Assembly (NCBI GenBank): GCA_001949185.1
Contig: BDGG01000013.1
Span: 1,318,617 to 1,382,616, forward strand
Direction: 5' to 3'
Source of the DNA: Ramazzottius varieornatus
Lineage: Eukaryota > Animalia > Tardigrada
DNA length: 64,000 bases
Part shown: piece by piece, positions 1 through 11,896 of the stretch
Numbering within the stretch: position 1 is the first letter of the stretch
How the letters are laid out: each line of letters opens with the position of its first letter
The notes under the pieces: generated by a model
Told to the model about the DNA's origin: nothing
Database searches by the model: none
What the model saw: the letters and a program-made list of their open reading frames with translations, nothing else
Program-made: the position numbers and the translations under genes

Positions 1-510
1 CGCCTTTGCCAACGGTCTGTAGCATGTTGCATGCGTCATCGACGGAACAGAAAGCAAGGGAGTAGTCCTCGGGGCTGATGTGATCGTTAACAGAGTCGCC
101 GAAAGGTCGGGAAAGATCCATGATGATGCGGTGACCTCCGGTTTTCTTCTCGCGGACGCCCAGGGAGCTGACCACGAAATTGGGAAAAGGGGGAGAAGAG
201 AACGGACCCACGGAGTGGCCCGAGGCAACCTCTTTCGTAATAGACTTAAGAAGAACCTCGCTGAACTCTCTTGCTGTGGCGGAGTTCTTTGTGAAACGAG
301 GGTAGCGGGGACCGTTGAAGCCAATGTCCGCGCCGTTATCGATAATGTCCAGCACCATTTGTACGAAGCCTCGGTCGGGATGATCTCGGAGGTAACGTCT
401 GAAGGTGTTAGACTTTAGTGGAGTTGAGGCTTTGTGCGGTATGACGACTGCCTCCTGACCGATCGCCTTGTTGGTTCCGGTCGTTGCTGTGGTACCGATC
501 GGGATTGCGG
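1..510 (-). CDS. pol: Reverse transcriptase ORF2 N-terminus of Ngaro element (partial, overlaps gag in +1 frame; not in the ORF track)
   Basis: Manual minus-strand translation: ...HPDRGFVQMVLDIIDNGADIGF...GHSVGPFSSPPFPNFVVSSLGVREKKTGGHRIIMDLSRPFGDSVNDHISPEDYSLAFCSVDDACNML. This is typical of DIRS/Ngaro RT. The true start was not determined. Confidence 0.88.
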
Positions 511-1796
511 TTGCAGTAGAAGCGGGTATGGCCTGGCTTTTTGCAGTAGGAGCAAGAGTGGGAGAAGGCATTGGGGCATGGCTCGTCGGGACACTGGCCA
601 CGGTTGTACCGCTTACAGATTTCCCCGTCTGCGGCGGGGTTGGTCCGAAAGGGCTGGTTATAGCTTTCGGTGACTCGGACTTGGACTTTGTGACCGTGTT
701 CGCGTGAAATGGAGGGGCCGTTAGAGTTGGTCAGACATGTGCGCTGCTTGATGTCGGCGTGCACTGTTGACCAGAGGCTCAAGTCAGTGGGGTAGCGAGC
801 CGCTGTGATGCGCAGGCGAGCGTCATAGGCCAGCCATTTGTCGGAGGGAAAACCACGGTCGGGGTGCGCTAGTTCGGCCATGAAGTTGAGGTAGCTGGTC
901 ATGGGTAGTGCCAGCTTCGGGTTGACCGTGACGCGATACGCCATTAGCACGGTGAAGCACTCGACGTATTCGGTGAAGGTGGTAATGGAGGAGACTTTAG
1001 TCGCTGGTTTAAGAACCAGCTGTCCGGTTTCGGCATCGGTGGTGACTTGTGTGCTGTGTCCCTTGGTCTTCTCCGCGCCCGGTATGCGATTTTCCTTAGT
1101 CAGGTCGCTTATCTTGACGTACTGGCGTTCGTCAAAAAGGGCTTTGAGAAGCCCTTCCTTAACGGGTGGAAGATAGGGCGAGTCACATAAAGTATCGTAA
1201 TCAGACTTACGAAGTTTCAGTGGTCCTTGTCGGGTGTGGTGGTACTTGCGTTTGTGGTTAGCTCGTCTCCTATCGCCGATGTCGCTGTCTGGCTCGGAAG
1301 ACTGGGCTTCGTCGCTGCTAGACTCGTCGGACGAGTAGGCGAGATCGATATCGTAGTGTGGGGAACGTTCGGGTTTCTTGGTGGTAGGTGACTGTGTGTT
1401 TGGAGTAGAGGTGGAGGCTTGGTTGAAGACAGGTTGGAGAGTGGTGGATGGTGAGAGGACGACTGGACTAGGGGTAAGGTTGGATCGGGAAAGTGCGGCA
1501 GTTAGAGCGTGCATCTGCTGGACAACTTGCTCGAGGGTGATGCTTGGTAAGGTGCACTGTGGGGTAGTAGGGTTTGCTGCGGCTGGGGTAGTTGTCGGCT
1601 TGGCTTTGCGGGAAAGTCGTTTGGTGTGTTTAAGACGCTGGGTTTGCTTCTTGTTGGTAGTTTGCTCTTTCCGCGGGCGGAGTTGTCGGCGAGGTGGTAC
1701 TTCCGGTAGGGCGGGTTCCTCGTTTTCGGGGAGCAATTGCTCGTTAGGCAGTTCGCCGGATGCGTTGCGAGGGTTGGACTCGGACATTTCTCGCAA
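408..1796 (-). CDS. gag: Gag-like ORF1 of Ngaro retrotransposon (462 aa)
   Basis: Intronless ORF with a low-complexity N-terminus, a 'W..YD..LR' motif (KWLAYDARLR) and the zinc-finger tail CKRYNRGQCPDEPCPNAFSHSCSYCKKPGHTRFYC. Confidence 0.85.
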   Translation of the reverse strand: MREMSESNPRNASGELPNEQLLPENEEPALPEVPPRRQLRPRKEQTTNKKQTQRLKHTKRLSRKAKPTTTPAAANPTTPQCTLPSITLEQVVQQMHALTAALSRSNLTPSPVVLSPSTTLQPVFNQASTSTPNTQSPTTKKPERSPHYDIDLAYSSDESSSDEAQSSEPDSDIGDRRRANHKRKYHHTRQGPLKLRKSDYDTLCDSPYLPPVKEGLLKALFDERQYVKISDLTKENRIPGAEKTKGHSTQVTTDAETGQLVLKPATKVSSITTFTEYVECFTVLMAYRVTVNPKLALPMTSYLNFMAELAHPDRGFPSDKWLAYDARLRITAARYPTDLSLWSTVHADIKQRTCLTNSNGPSISREHGHKVQVRVTESYNQPFRTNPAADGEICKRYNRGQCPDEPCPNAFSHSCSYCKKPGHTRFYCNRNPDRYHSNDRNQQGDRSGGSRHTAQSLNSTKV

Positions 1797-2044
1797 AACG
1801 ATTTTTCAGGACGTTTTGCAAAGCGTGAAGGGTGGGATGGTGGTCAGGACGTTTCACAAAGCGATAAAGCGACACAGGGAATTCTTCGGCACATCGAAGT
1901 CCGTCTGCGATCGAGAATTACTATGGGAACTAGTCCATCACCTGACCATTAAACACAATTATCGTGAACAATAATTTTATCATTACCTTGCATCGAAGCC
2001 CTTCCGTCACCGAGTGCCTGATAAGACTTATTGGCAACCTCACT

Positions 2045-2954
2045 TGGTCGTACCTTGATAACCTCGGCCAAAGAAGCGGAAAACAATAACCGATCATTCC
2101 AGCTGGTACAGCAGTTTAAAGCCAGGTCGGAACGGGAATATAATTTGACCTATGCGCCACACGAAAAGGTACTAAAGTCATACGACAGAAAGGTCTACAA
2201 TGAAAACAAATCGTGTGAATGTTTCGACCTTACAGCCAAATCTTTACACCACAGCCTGATGCGAGCGCATGCTTTTACTCGGAATCGCACTACGCCAGGT
2301 GCTTTCACAGCCTTCAACAACCGACCTCAACGACGGAAGTGCCGTGGCACCACATTCCTGCAACAGAACGTTCGCGCTAGACACCGAGACTATCGAATTC
2401 GATGAAGTTGGGGAAAGGCTGCAACGGCTGATCGTCCAGCAAATTCGAGGAGGCATCAAATGGCCCGTAACGGTTTTGCGGCTGAAAGTCACTAACGAGA
2501 ACTTCATCGACAGTACGTCCACAAAGTGGATCGCGGCCTTCTCACCACCGAACGAGCCACTGTGTGAGTTGCAGGGAATCAGAAACTCTTGTCAACCTGG
2601 TACGTAGTCTTCACCAAAGTTCGGACCTTCGGGTTCAAGCGGGTGTACCCATGAGCGTAAGAAAGTATTCGCTTGGTTACTCTTAGGACCTCATTTCAAA
2701 GTGGCGTTGATCTCCGGTACTTTGGTAGCGGTGTTGGTAGTAACTTCAGTTTGTTCGCTCCTCGTCCTAAAGGCTATGGTCGTGGGGAAATCAAATTTTA
2801 CTATTTCAATTTTTGCGTCAATTACACTGAATGGGGCGCTCTGTTTCAGTACGAGGATGCTGGTGAAACTCGCAGGCATCGGCGTTCTGCCACTAATGGA
2901 GAATTTCACTTCGATAGCGCGGACCTACCATTGTATGCCACGATGGAAATCTAA
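2045..2954 (+). pseudogene. 3' half of an ANF-receptor-ectodomain/TM gene, paralog of 11897..16459
   Basis: Exons LITSA..YNLTYAPHEK, PNLYTTA*CE..FDEVGER..PPNEPLC and a TM exon (VALISGTLVAVLVVTSVCSLLVL) align with the intact paralog. In-frame TGA at 2257-2259. Truncated at the Ngaro boundary. Confidence 0.8.
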
Positions 2955-3242
2955 AACCGATCGGACATGTACTTCTTGGCCGAAGAAATTTTGATCAAGT
3001 TGTATTCCGAGTAACGCCGATCTGCTTGGTCTGCAGCTTAAACACAGTGCGAGTACAGCAAAGTGACGGAAGTCCAGCCAACATACAACAACAGATAACG
3101 TCTCGATAAAGTATCATTACGCACAGATAAGGAAACCATAAAATCAACCCTCGCTTAGCCCGAAATGTTATCACTAACATGGCGAAAGGGAAGAAGGACA
3201 CCAGGTCGTGTAGCTAGGATTACGAAGGCCATCTTACAGCCC

Positions 3243-3976
3243 TCAAAGGCGTTTGCGGGAGGCGTCTTCTTCCGGGTTCTCCTTCCAAATCCAGTAGTTC
3301 AACGCACTTGCCAACGTCAACCATCCCAAGTATGGCACCATCAAGTAAGCTGCGGTCTTGTTCACGGGGTGGAATGTGAAGATGCAAGCAGCAACGTTGA
3401 CCCACAAAAGACCGATATCAACCAGAGCCTGCAAGACACCAGGCGGAAGTTTTACCAGGGGTATCTCAGAATATAAAGTTTAGATTTTTGATCGTCGATT
3501 ACTAGTTTCATTCGATGAGCTTTGAAGAACAACGGCGACCACAGCATGTTCAAAGCCAGCTGCGTCCCGTACAGCGTCAGAGGAAGCTTGACATTCGCCC
3601 AGCTGCCTGATCGATAAATCAGCCAAGAGGCATAACCCATTGCACTGTACAGGCTAGTCCATACGATCGGGAACGCGCTGTTCGGTGGTCTCCACGAAGG
3701 TTTCCTCAGATTCTAAACAGGTAAAATGAGATGTAAATGAGGTTAGAAAAGGAGAGAGTATTTAGAAGACGAAAGGCGCACTGTACCTCGTACCACGATT
3801 TGATTTCCGTTCTAGTGAGTAAGCCGGTCGCCCACCCTCCAAGGTTAGGGATCAGTATGCTGTAACGAGAAGAACGTCACTCAGTTATGACTAGACATGC
3901 TTAGTATCTGAAACTAGACTTACGCGGGAAGAATCTCCCGCGCGAAGATGGACGCTGTAATGGACGGAATGGGCAT
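3243..3976 (-). CDS. TSPO: Translocator protein TSPO (TspO/MBR family), 4 exons: 3976-3924, 3859-3787, 3712-3503, 3428-3243
   Basis: Spliced translation [80 protein letters not shown]. GT-AG junctions are in phase. Confidence 0.96.
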
Positions 3977-4366
3977 TTTTGGTGCTGGAACATGAACGAG
4001 AAGTCAAGTTGCAGAGCAGGACTTGGACAGCTTCAATACAAGGTACGGTCATGCTTCCTTCTTACCTTCTAAACTTTGCTTCTTGAATAGACAAGAAAAT
4101 CCCGGATGAAATTCGAAGAAGAAAAGCTGGAATAATGGAATCAACTGTGACTGTGTCTGTGAGAGTGTGACGGTGAATTGCTTGCGCCTCAACAGTCAAC
4201 ACGGCCAATTTGTATGGCTTGCCTTCTGAAGTCGTCAGCCACCTCGCGTGTAAGAATCGTTATGTGTCATCATGTGATTGAACGCTCTGCCTGTCGCTAA
4301 AGTTCATCACGTGGGCAGTAACGTCGGTGACGTAACTGTTGCGGGTCTGTGGGCCACTTGTAGTGT

Positions 4367-4547
4367 ACACGCAGGACGAGAAATTATGGTACAGGCCTTT
4401 TCGCTACGGCTGTACGGGAGCAAGTACGTACGCGACCGATTCACAATAATACATTTTTCGACACTTTTCTACGGTCGAATTTCCATTTCGCCGTCCTTCC
4501 GCCCGTCCCATAATTTTCACTGTACCATAATTTCTCGTCCTGCGTGT
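4367..4547. mobile_element. MITE, family A (TACACGC termini)
   Basis: 28-bp perfect TIR ACACGCAGGACGAGAAATTATGGTACAG / CTGTACCATAATTTCTCGTCCTGCGTGT. Interior is shared with 40847..41051. Confidence 0.88.
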
Positions 4548-5057
4548 TTGGTATAGTATATGGCGTACAACCTGAGGTGGTTATCAGCTGAGATATCCCC
4601 CTGGGGGCTTTGTACTAGAACAGGTGTTAAGTAGTGTAGGCGGATTTTTTATCTTGCATGTCATTATTATGTCAAAACTCTTTTACTCAAAAGTTGGAAC
4701 CGTTTCACATTTATCTGACCACTGGTCAGACAGACAAATGGACTCTGGCATCGTGTTCCTCGATGTTTGTTCCACTACACTGCATCCGCAGTTCAAATTT
4801 ACCCTTGCGGTCCGAAATCTTCAACCTTGATTCCTGAAAAATTCGCCCAGCGATCGATCTTCACGGAAATGGGCCGCCGAAATCTATTTCACAGTAGAAC
4901 TTTATACCGATTGTCATGTAATCGTCGATTGATTGATCGATACTGTCCCTTGCACTCGGCTCATGGCGTGGGTAACTACGCAAGAATGGGCGTTTAACAG
5001 CATCCACCCGTTGCCTCTTGGATACGTCATTGCGAGCATCCAACGGTTTCGTCACTC

Positions 5058-8000
5058 TAATGATGAGCATTACACGCAGCTGGTCCGTGTAATGTAAAAT
5101 GTCGTGCAAAATGGTGTAATTACAAACGTGTAATTACATTGTACACGAATTACATTTTACAGTCGATAGTGCGGGTCCGGTGTGAAAACACTGGAACAAC
5201 TGTTCGAAACAAATCAGAGCAATAACGGAACAATATCTTACTCTAGAACACTTGACCGCGATAAATTTAGGCTCACCGATAAAGTTCACTGATTAAACTC
5301 GGACACCAGAAGTATTAAACAACTCTGCCAACGTGAAAAACTTCTCTAAGTGCTTTCGATCTGTCTCCGCCTCCCACAACTGGCGGAAAGCGCAGGTTGG
5401 TCACCATCACCGTCTTCTTCTGCCCCTTCATAGTCTTGCGCGAATAACTCATCCAGCTCCGATGTTCGACTCTCTAGCCTCATCAGATCATCCGAGCGCG
5501 ACCCTGTAAAACCAATGCACTAATAAGTACAGGCCTTTGAATCACGGTTGGCACAAGCGTTCAAACTATGATCAGAAGGATATTCATATATTTCATATAA
5601 TTAGAAGACCGTTCTTTACCTTGACCGGCGATTGCTGCACCTTCTATTTCGATTGTTGGAACTCCGCAACGTGAAGTTATTTCACCTTCGCCGGCTTTCT
5701 TCTCCGTTTTCTTCTGCTTTTCCGCTTCTCGCACGTTATCTTCCCGGAAAAATTTCATCTTCAGTGTGCACATCCCGCTCACCAAGCTTAGCTGCAGTCG
5801 GTTCCTGTTGGCAGTGTGGACTTCCTTCATCTTCTTCCAGAATCGTTCCACGGCTGCGGCGTGAGGACATGCGGACAGGAGAAACTTTGCTGACTGAGCT
5901 AGCTCGACGTGTTCAGTTTCGGCGTACGACCAGTAGTCGAACGGGTTGCTCAGTTGTCTGGTCTATTTCGCGTCACAAATGTTCTTACTTCCGCTGTAAT
6001 GAATGGCAGAGGTTAACAGTTTCGTGGGGTCTTTTCGGACGAACTGTCGATATAGGTCGCTAGGCCATTTGTAGATGACACCGCTGTGGACTTTTGCTGG
6101 GTCGCTGCAGAACAAGTTGAGCTTGTACTTGGGGTGGAGGAACATGGCCACAGCAACAACGTCGGTCTGATAGAAGCTCCTCCATCGCTTTTCCAACTGA
6201 GACATCAGCGTCCGCGAAATGTCCCGGTCTCTCAGGTGCGAGAAACTTAGGTAGATATTCCGGACAGCCGCTCCCATATGAGCAATCGTGCAGTTATCCG
6301 ACTCTGCTTCTCCCTGTGCTTCTACCAGAGGCTTCAGCACGACAGCAATTTCTCTCGCGCCAGCCCAGAAATCGTCTCATCCAGAATCACTTTCAGCTCG
6401 AACGGAACGAGGCCCAAGTTCGTACCATACCTGACACCATACATCTACAAAAACAAGGCTGACCGGATTCTACTGTACAGAAATTTCGTTCTTGCAAAAC
6501 TTCCAGTTACTACGAGCCAAATTGCAATAACTACATACAATAGTTACCTGTAATGCGCTCTTGGAATCCAGTACTCGCTGCACGCTCACATAAATGGAGT
6601 ACCAGCGCGTTTGTGTCCATCCAGGCATGGAGATTTCTTTGGAGTAAAACTCGAACTGGAGATCGCGTAACTTGCCCTGCGACAAGCCGCTTTTGCGGAA
6701 CCAGTTGGACACTACATCACTCTGACGAAGGGTTCCTTTAAACTGGGGCACGAACTTGATTACGTCTTGTACAATCAAGTTAATCTGATGAGCATTACAC
6801 GGAGAAAAAAGGATGTGCGGGAGCTTTTCCGAAAGAAGACGCCTGGCTTTACGATGAGCACCGTCGGAGTCGCATGTGACATATCTGACGTCAGCCTTGT
6901 ACTCTTTCTTCACCTGGGTAATCTTTTGAAGGCTTTCTTTCATCACGTACTCACCGTCATAGTTAACTCCAGTAATATCGAGAGCCGATCCCAGGGTGAA
7001 GTTTACGGTGCCGCTCTCATCTGGTACTGTCAAAAGGAAACCTACAAAACACCAATTTTTCCATTGCATCACAAGCCATAAGAGAAGCTGCAGAAATCTC
7101 TTTGGTACCCAGTATTTTATCGCGGTTTACGTTCTTATATCCATCGAACGTTAATGTGAGGAATTTCTGACCCGTCAGCTTGCTCGTTACTTCGGACGTT
7201 GCTTCTGCTATACGTGCTGGCACAATACGGCGAGAAACTGTGAATCGGCTGGGAATGACCACACTAGGACGGACGAACTTAAGTAGACGTTCCATTCTGG
7301 CATCGTCGGCCGCGCTGAAGAGGATGTTACAGCTGACGCATGCATCACCGTACAATTCTTCGAACTGTTTCTGCTCATCCTTGGTTAGAGGACGAGCTAC
7401 GAAGCCCAGTAAACTGCTCTGACTTCTTACACGTTTAGTGGCAAGTTCCGTGGAAGTCTCAGTTGCCGATGCTCGCTTGACAGTCACCGGAAAGTGCTTC
7501 TCTCGGACGGTTCGAGGAACGTGGGCACACTTCTTCAGATGCTGCTCCATCCGTGACTTGTCTCCTCGAATAGGCTTGGCATTCTTGACTCCAGCTTCCA
7601 CACAGTGCTTGCAGGTGGCTTGGCGTAGTTTAGAGTTGAGCCAGTACTCGGAACTTCTCTCGAATTCTGCCCATACATCGAGTCGACCGGGCTTGCTGTC
7701 TCCTATCAACAATCAATGATAGTCAGAATGTTATCGGCTAAAATCTGGTACAATCCTAATACCCATGGAAGTGGTTCGCAAATAACAATTACCTGCCTTA
7801 TCTCTCTCCGTGTCACCGCCGCCATCGTTTTCTTCATTGTCAGACATGGCAGTAGCACTTTCAAACGTGAAAACAGATGAAAATGTTGGAACTACGACCT
7901 CGAGAACGGAGGTCCGAAGATCAAAGTGAAATATGCCAGTTCAAACACGTTAAACCACGAGACAAGTTAGAACTGGTGACGCAGGCACCTACACGCTTGG

Positions 8001-8203
8001 TCAAGCAATCAACCCAGAGTTAGCGTGCACGTTCAATCAAACCGTGCCACAATCACTTGACGTTACGAGTTTCTCTCGTTGCGGCGTCATGTATTCACGG
8101 TTGTAATTACACTCTTACATCTGTATTTTACATTGCAAGTTCTTAGCGGTTGTAATGTCGTGTAAAAGTGTAATTGTCGTGTAAAATGTAATGCTCATCA
8201 TTA
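5058..8203 (-). mobile_element. Full-length hAT DNA transposon
   Basis: Perfect 17-bp TIR TAATGATGAGCATTACA (5058-5074 / 8187-8203). 8-bp TSD CGTCACTC (5050-5057) vs CGTCGCTC (8204-8211). Subterminal TGTAAT/TTACA repeats and an internal transposase gene. Confidence 0.95.
5300..7847 (-). pseudogene. Intron-containing hAT transposase (BED finger, DDE core, hATC region), disabled
   Basis: ATG at 7847. BED finger DVW..CKHC..HLKKC, plus TFDG, TCDSD, PCNAH (CxxH), TRW and HAAAVERFW motifs. 1-nt frameshift near 6378 (ILD/DDFW) and in-frame TAG at 5963-5965. The 3' end is approximate. Confidence 0.88.
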
Positions 8204-8497
8204 CGTCGCTCGGTGCTTCTTCGAATTAAGACTGTTTCGACATCTCGCCGAACTAAGAGTGGCCCGAAACAATACGGACTTTGGAGTTTGGAACTAGTGC
8301 AAGTAGCCCAAAGCGAAACTCGGTGGGTGATGGACGATCGGAGACGATAGCAGCGTCTTGGTCTGGATGGGCAACCTCACTTCTTTGTTTACTTTTGCCG
8401 TAAGTTTGCATTGCGAGTATATCTGTCTTTGCTTAGCAGACGATCTTTTCTTACGATCTTTTCTAAGCACCATGGGTAACCTGGAGCAGCTCTCAGG

Positions 8498-9528
8498 ATG
8501 ACGCCGCCGGTCGCCAACAACACCCTTCCCGCTTCGGAGAAAATTTCCGTGACTATCAACGGAACCAAATTTGACGGTGAAATACAGTATCTTGATTTCT
8601 TACGTCGTAGTTCTGTGCCGCGGCCTGTGACACCTCATCGATTCTTTTTTTCAGTCCCAACAACATTCTCGGAAGTCTCGTTGAACGATTATCTCCGACA
8701 CCACCTCCATCTCACGGGGAAAACAAGACACCTGCCGGGAAGGCGGATGTGGTGTCTGCAACGTCGTAGTGGCCTACGCTGATGCCACCGGACAGATTGT
8801 CCAGCGTTCTATCAACTCGGTAAACAGCTGAAGAACTCGTACCCAAGTATCGTTTAAGCTTGAATGACCGTATTCTGCGTAATAGTGATTGTGCCCGGTA
8901 TTGTCCTGCGATGGATTGGAGGTAACGACGGTAGAAGGAACTGGCAACCAGAAAAAACCACATCCCATTCAACAAGCGTTGACCGATCACTATGGCTCAC
9001 AATGTGGGTACTGCACTCCTGGGTGGATTATGGAGATGTGTGGGTACGTGGAGCTTATTGTAGAGAAACGGGCCTGGTATGGACGTAAGCTTCGTGAAGA
9101 TGATAAGAACACAGCCGTGACAAATTTACTTTGCGAGCTTTCAAGATCGAAATATTGTGCTTTGATAATCATTGTTTCGTTTCTCAGCTTGGTGCAAAAC
9201 AGCTCTGGGAAACAGCTCACAAAACAGGAGATTGAAAACACGTTTGGGGAAACTTTTGCCGTTGTACAGGTAAAGATACCATTCAGAGCCTACAGTTTCA
9301 ACGTTCGTTCCATCCGCTGTTTTTGTCACAGGAAACACTCATCATGCTTGAAATCACTCATCGCAGCGACAGAAAATCCCCTTTACTACATGGCTTTGCG
9401 GCTATACTACTTTAGTCACTTTCATTCGCTTGGCCTGTTAGGAGGTGGACAAAAGTATCTGTAGAACGACTGGTCAACCATGTACCGGAAACTGTTCCAA
9501 GTCCCGTTCGCCCTACACCGTAGCGCAG
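8498..9528 (+). pseudogene. Xanthine dehydrogenase/aldehyde oxidase N-terminal (2Fe-2S) fragment
   Basis: Motifs SLNDYLRHHLHLTG, CREGGCGVC, SQCGYCTPG and GNFCRCTG lie across exons. Frameshifts at ~8720 and ~9250, and TGA at the conserved Cys (8886-8888). No FAD/Moco exons follow. Confidence 0.88.
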
Positions 9529-9854
9529 GTAAAAGCGGCAGCGGAAGTGGCGCCACCATGATAAAAGCCCACGACCCTGGAGGATATCTACAAAAAGGCG
9601 AAGGATCTGACACCGAAGAATGTGTATTACGTGGTGGGACACACTGGAGCAGCTGTCATGCATTCTGACGTCGAAAACTCGGGGGCCTCACCCTTCGACG
9701 ACCCACGTAGTGCGGAAGGCTTTCTCTGAAGCTACATATGCGTAAAAAACGGTTTTGAATCCTCCGACAGTATAATTTGTTGGTTATAAGGGTAGTGATT
9801 ACTGCAGTGCAAGTGCCTGGACGGTACTTAATCAGACTAACTGAATAACTCACG

Positions 9855-10101
9855 TACCAGGTAGCCGGCATGGAAATATCCACGGAGCATTCCTCCAAAT
9901 GGCTGATTCTTTTATCATAGTACGTCAAACAGGCTCTTTAACATTGTATCCAACCCATCTCCCTTCGAAGGCAGATATCTCAGCAGTTTTGCTACCTCTG
10001 AGCTTCTGATTTGTTTTAGAAGGATAAAGACAAGTCTTTCTTAATTTAGGGTCCGTGAAAAGCTAGTTTGAGGCAGTGATTGCTGAGATCAGGCCTGGAT
10101 A
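9855..10101. mobile_element. Mariner-like MITE, family B (truncated copy)
   Basis: Starts TACCAGGTAGCCGGCATGG and is clearly similar over ~200 bp to 13137..13356 and 14593..14650. Confidence 0.75.
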
Positions 10102-10103
10102 TA

Positions 10104-10696
10104 CAGGCCGATTCAGCAAAGCTGACACTTTTTTTCTAAAAAATCAGTTCTTCCTCGCCTACCTTGCTTGTGCAGCAAAACGACGCTAAAACTGATGAGC
10201 AACCTTCCTAGTATGATATCAGCACAAAAAAGCCGTCTGCAACAAACGGTTCAAAATGTGAGATTAAGTATGACGCGCACTTTCCTGAAACGTGTGAAAA
10301 CATGCGCGCCAAATGACCGGAGCAAAAAGTTTTCCTAGAAGAAAGGTTAGAATCTTTCAAAGCTCGGCTTTGTTTATTAAACGGTTATAGTCAAAATGGA
10401 GCCCACCTAACTGGCTCCAAGAATTATGGTTTGAAAGCTTCTTTCCTGCTAGAAACTTGAAGCTGGAAAATGCTCAACAAAATCACAAGCAGAATCTCAT
10501 GACGCGTTTCGGCACCAAGTTTTAAAAATGAGTTTGCCAGACAGATTTTCACTGAAATACGTCGGAAGCGTGTTTTTTTTAGACACAGAATAAGCTGGGA
10601 AACGAGGAATCAAGTGGGGTATAATGAAAACGAAAGGCTTGGATTTTTTTAGGGGCGAAGTGTGAACGACAGGGCCAACTTTGCTAAATCGGGCTG
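10104..10696. mobile_element. Non-autonomous TIR element (Tc1/mariner-like) inserted at the end of the family-B copy
   Basis: Imperfect TIR CAGGCCGATTCAGCAAAGCTGAC vs reverse complement CAGCCCGATTTAGCAAAGTTGGC. TA at the left flank. Confidence 0.65.
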
Positions 10697-11239
10697 TTCG
10701 TACATCTCAGACTGAACAACAATGACACTCTACTTTAGTCCACGACCTGCGTCAATTATAAATATGCTATGCTTGTAAACGGGCTCGCTTTTCTCAGGTT
10801 TGCCGGATCCTCCGATTTTACCCGAGCTGAGAACAGAAGAAGGGCCGCTCATCTGTTGATGTCAATCGAATGGGGTTGGAGGACTTTTTTCTGAAGGTTA
10901 ATCTGCTGATGCTTTGTCGATCCCGGTGTTCCTTTCCCGTCGTGCGTACACCGCATGACTGACCGGTCATGCATGTTTGTGTCATTCGGAAATTACGACC
11001 GGGTATGCCACATTAGTCTGCCCATTTTTTTACCAGTCCCTTTCCTTCTTAGAGTTTTCCGCCAATTACATTTACCGAGAGCTGCAACTCCATCCGCAAG
11101 CTGATGCGACCTATACGCGCGAGGCAATATCAAAAGCACGGGTTGAGTCTACAGCTGTATCCTATCTTGCAGAGTTGATAGGCGTGGCCCATGCAACTCC
11201 TGCACAGTACAGGATGGAACTATAGAGATGGAACTATAG

Positions 11240-11269
11240 AGTGAACGGGAGTTGCCACTCCCGTTCACT
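11240..11269. repeat. Perfect 13-bp stem / 4-nt loop hairpin, preceded by a short tandem duplication (GATGGAACTATAGA x2)
   Basis: AGTGAACGGGAGT-TGCC-ACTCCCGTTCACT. Confidence 0.85.
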
Positions 11270-11896
11270 TTGCAACTGTAGGTACGGCCTTGCTCCGCCC
11301 CTTTCGTGACGTGTAACTACATTTTGCTTTCCGGAGCTCCCCGTATTTTCGAGAAATAGCGTAATCGGAGTTACGGTTGGCTAGCATTGGGAAGCATGGT
11401 GGCTGCCCAACTATTCAAAGTTCTGATCAGCTGCTGCGCTTATGAATGACGTTGCAACTCATCTTAGCTACAGTGGGACTTTCATCTGGCGATGGCAACT
11501 TAATGTCTGTAATGAGAACCAAGTTTGTTGGACTTGGCTTGCTACGTAACAAGTACGAACGGTGCGTCACAGTGGTGCAGGTGGATACATTGTAAATAAG
11601 CCCGGCAATTCTTTGTACCCGATCGAAGAGCACGGATTTTCGGCGGTATCCATACATATAGGGATGAATGAGGAAGTGCATGGCGTGCGCTCATCTCCTG
11701 GAAGCCAACTATAGGCCGTGGTGCTCAATGTTGGGAACAAGCTGCGAATTATCCTCTTTTCAACTACAACATACTGAATCCTCCGGGAGCCCTTGACAGC
11801 AAATTGCTGTTCTAATTGACTCAAGAACTTCGACAATGGGGAGTCTTTGGAGCGTTTCGTAGCCATGACTCAGCTAATCATTGTGAACGATCCAAG

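Larger units (their letters stand above)
1..2040 (-). mobile_element. Ngaro/DIRS-group tyrosine-recombinase retrotransposon, 5' part (continues off the left edge)
   Basis: Gag-like ORF with C-terminal CCCH+CCHC knuckles overlaps an RT ORF in a shifted frame. The right boundary (~2040) is inferred from where homology to the host receptor exon begins. Confidence 0.88.

Noticed and set aside
80-1974. Plus-strand ORFs 80..418, 468..707, 901..1176 and 1378..1974
   Set aside because: Antisense shadows of the Ngaro gag/RT.
5963-5988. GTAAG...TAG 26-nt mini-intron that might remove the transposase stop
   Set aside because: It is too short, and its removal would shift the frame away from the downstream NPFDYW/ERFW motifs.
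8886-8888. TGA at a conserved Fe-S cysteine of XDH/AOX, as possible selenocysteine
   Set aside because: The same gene has two frameshifts and is truncated, so a nonsense mutation in a pseudogene is the simpler explanation.
10192-10240. CTGATGAG as a hammerhead ribozyme core
   Set aside because: No matching GAAA or stems were found.
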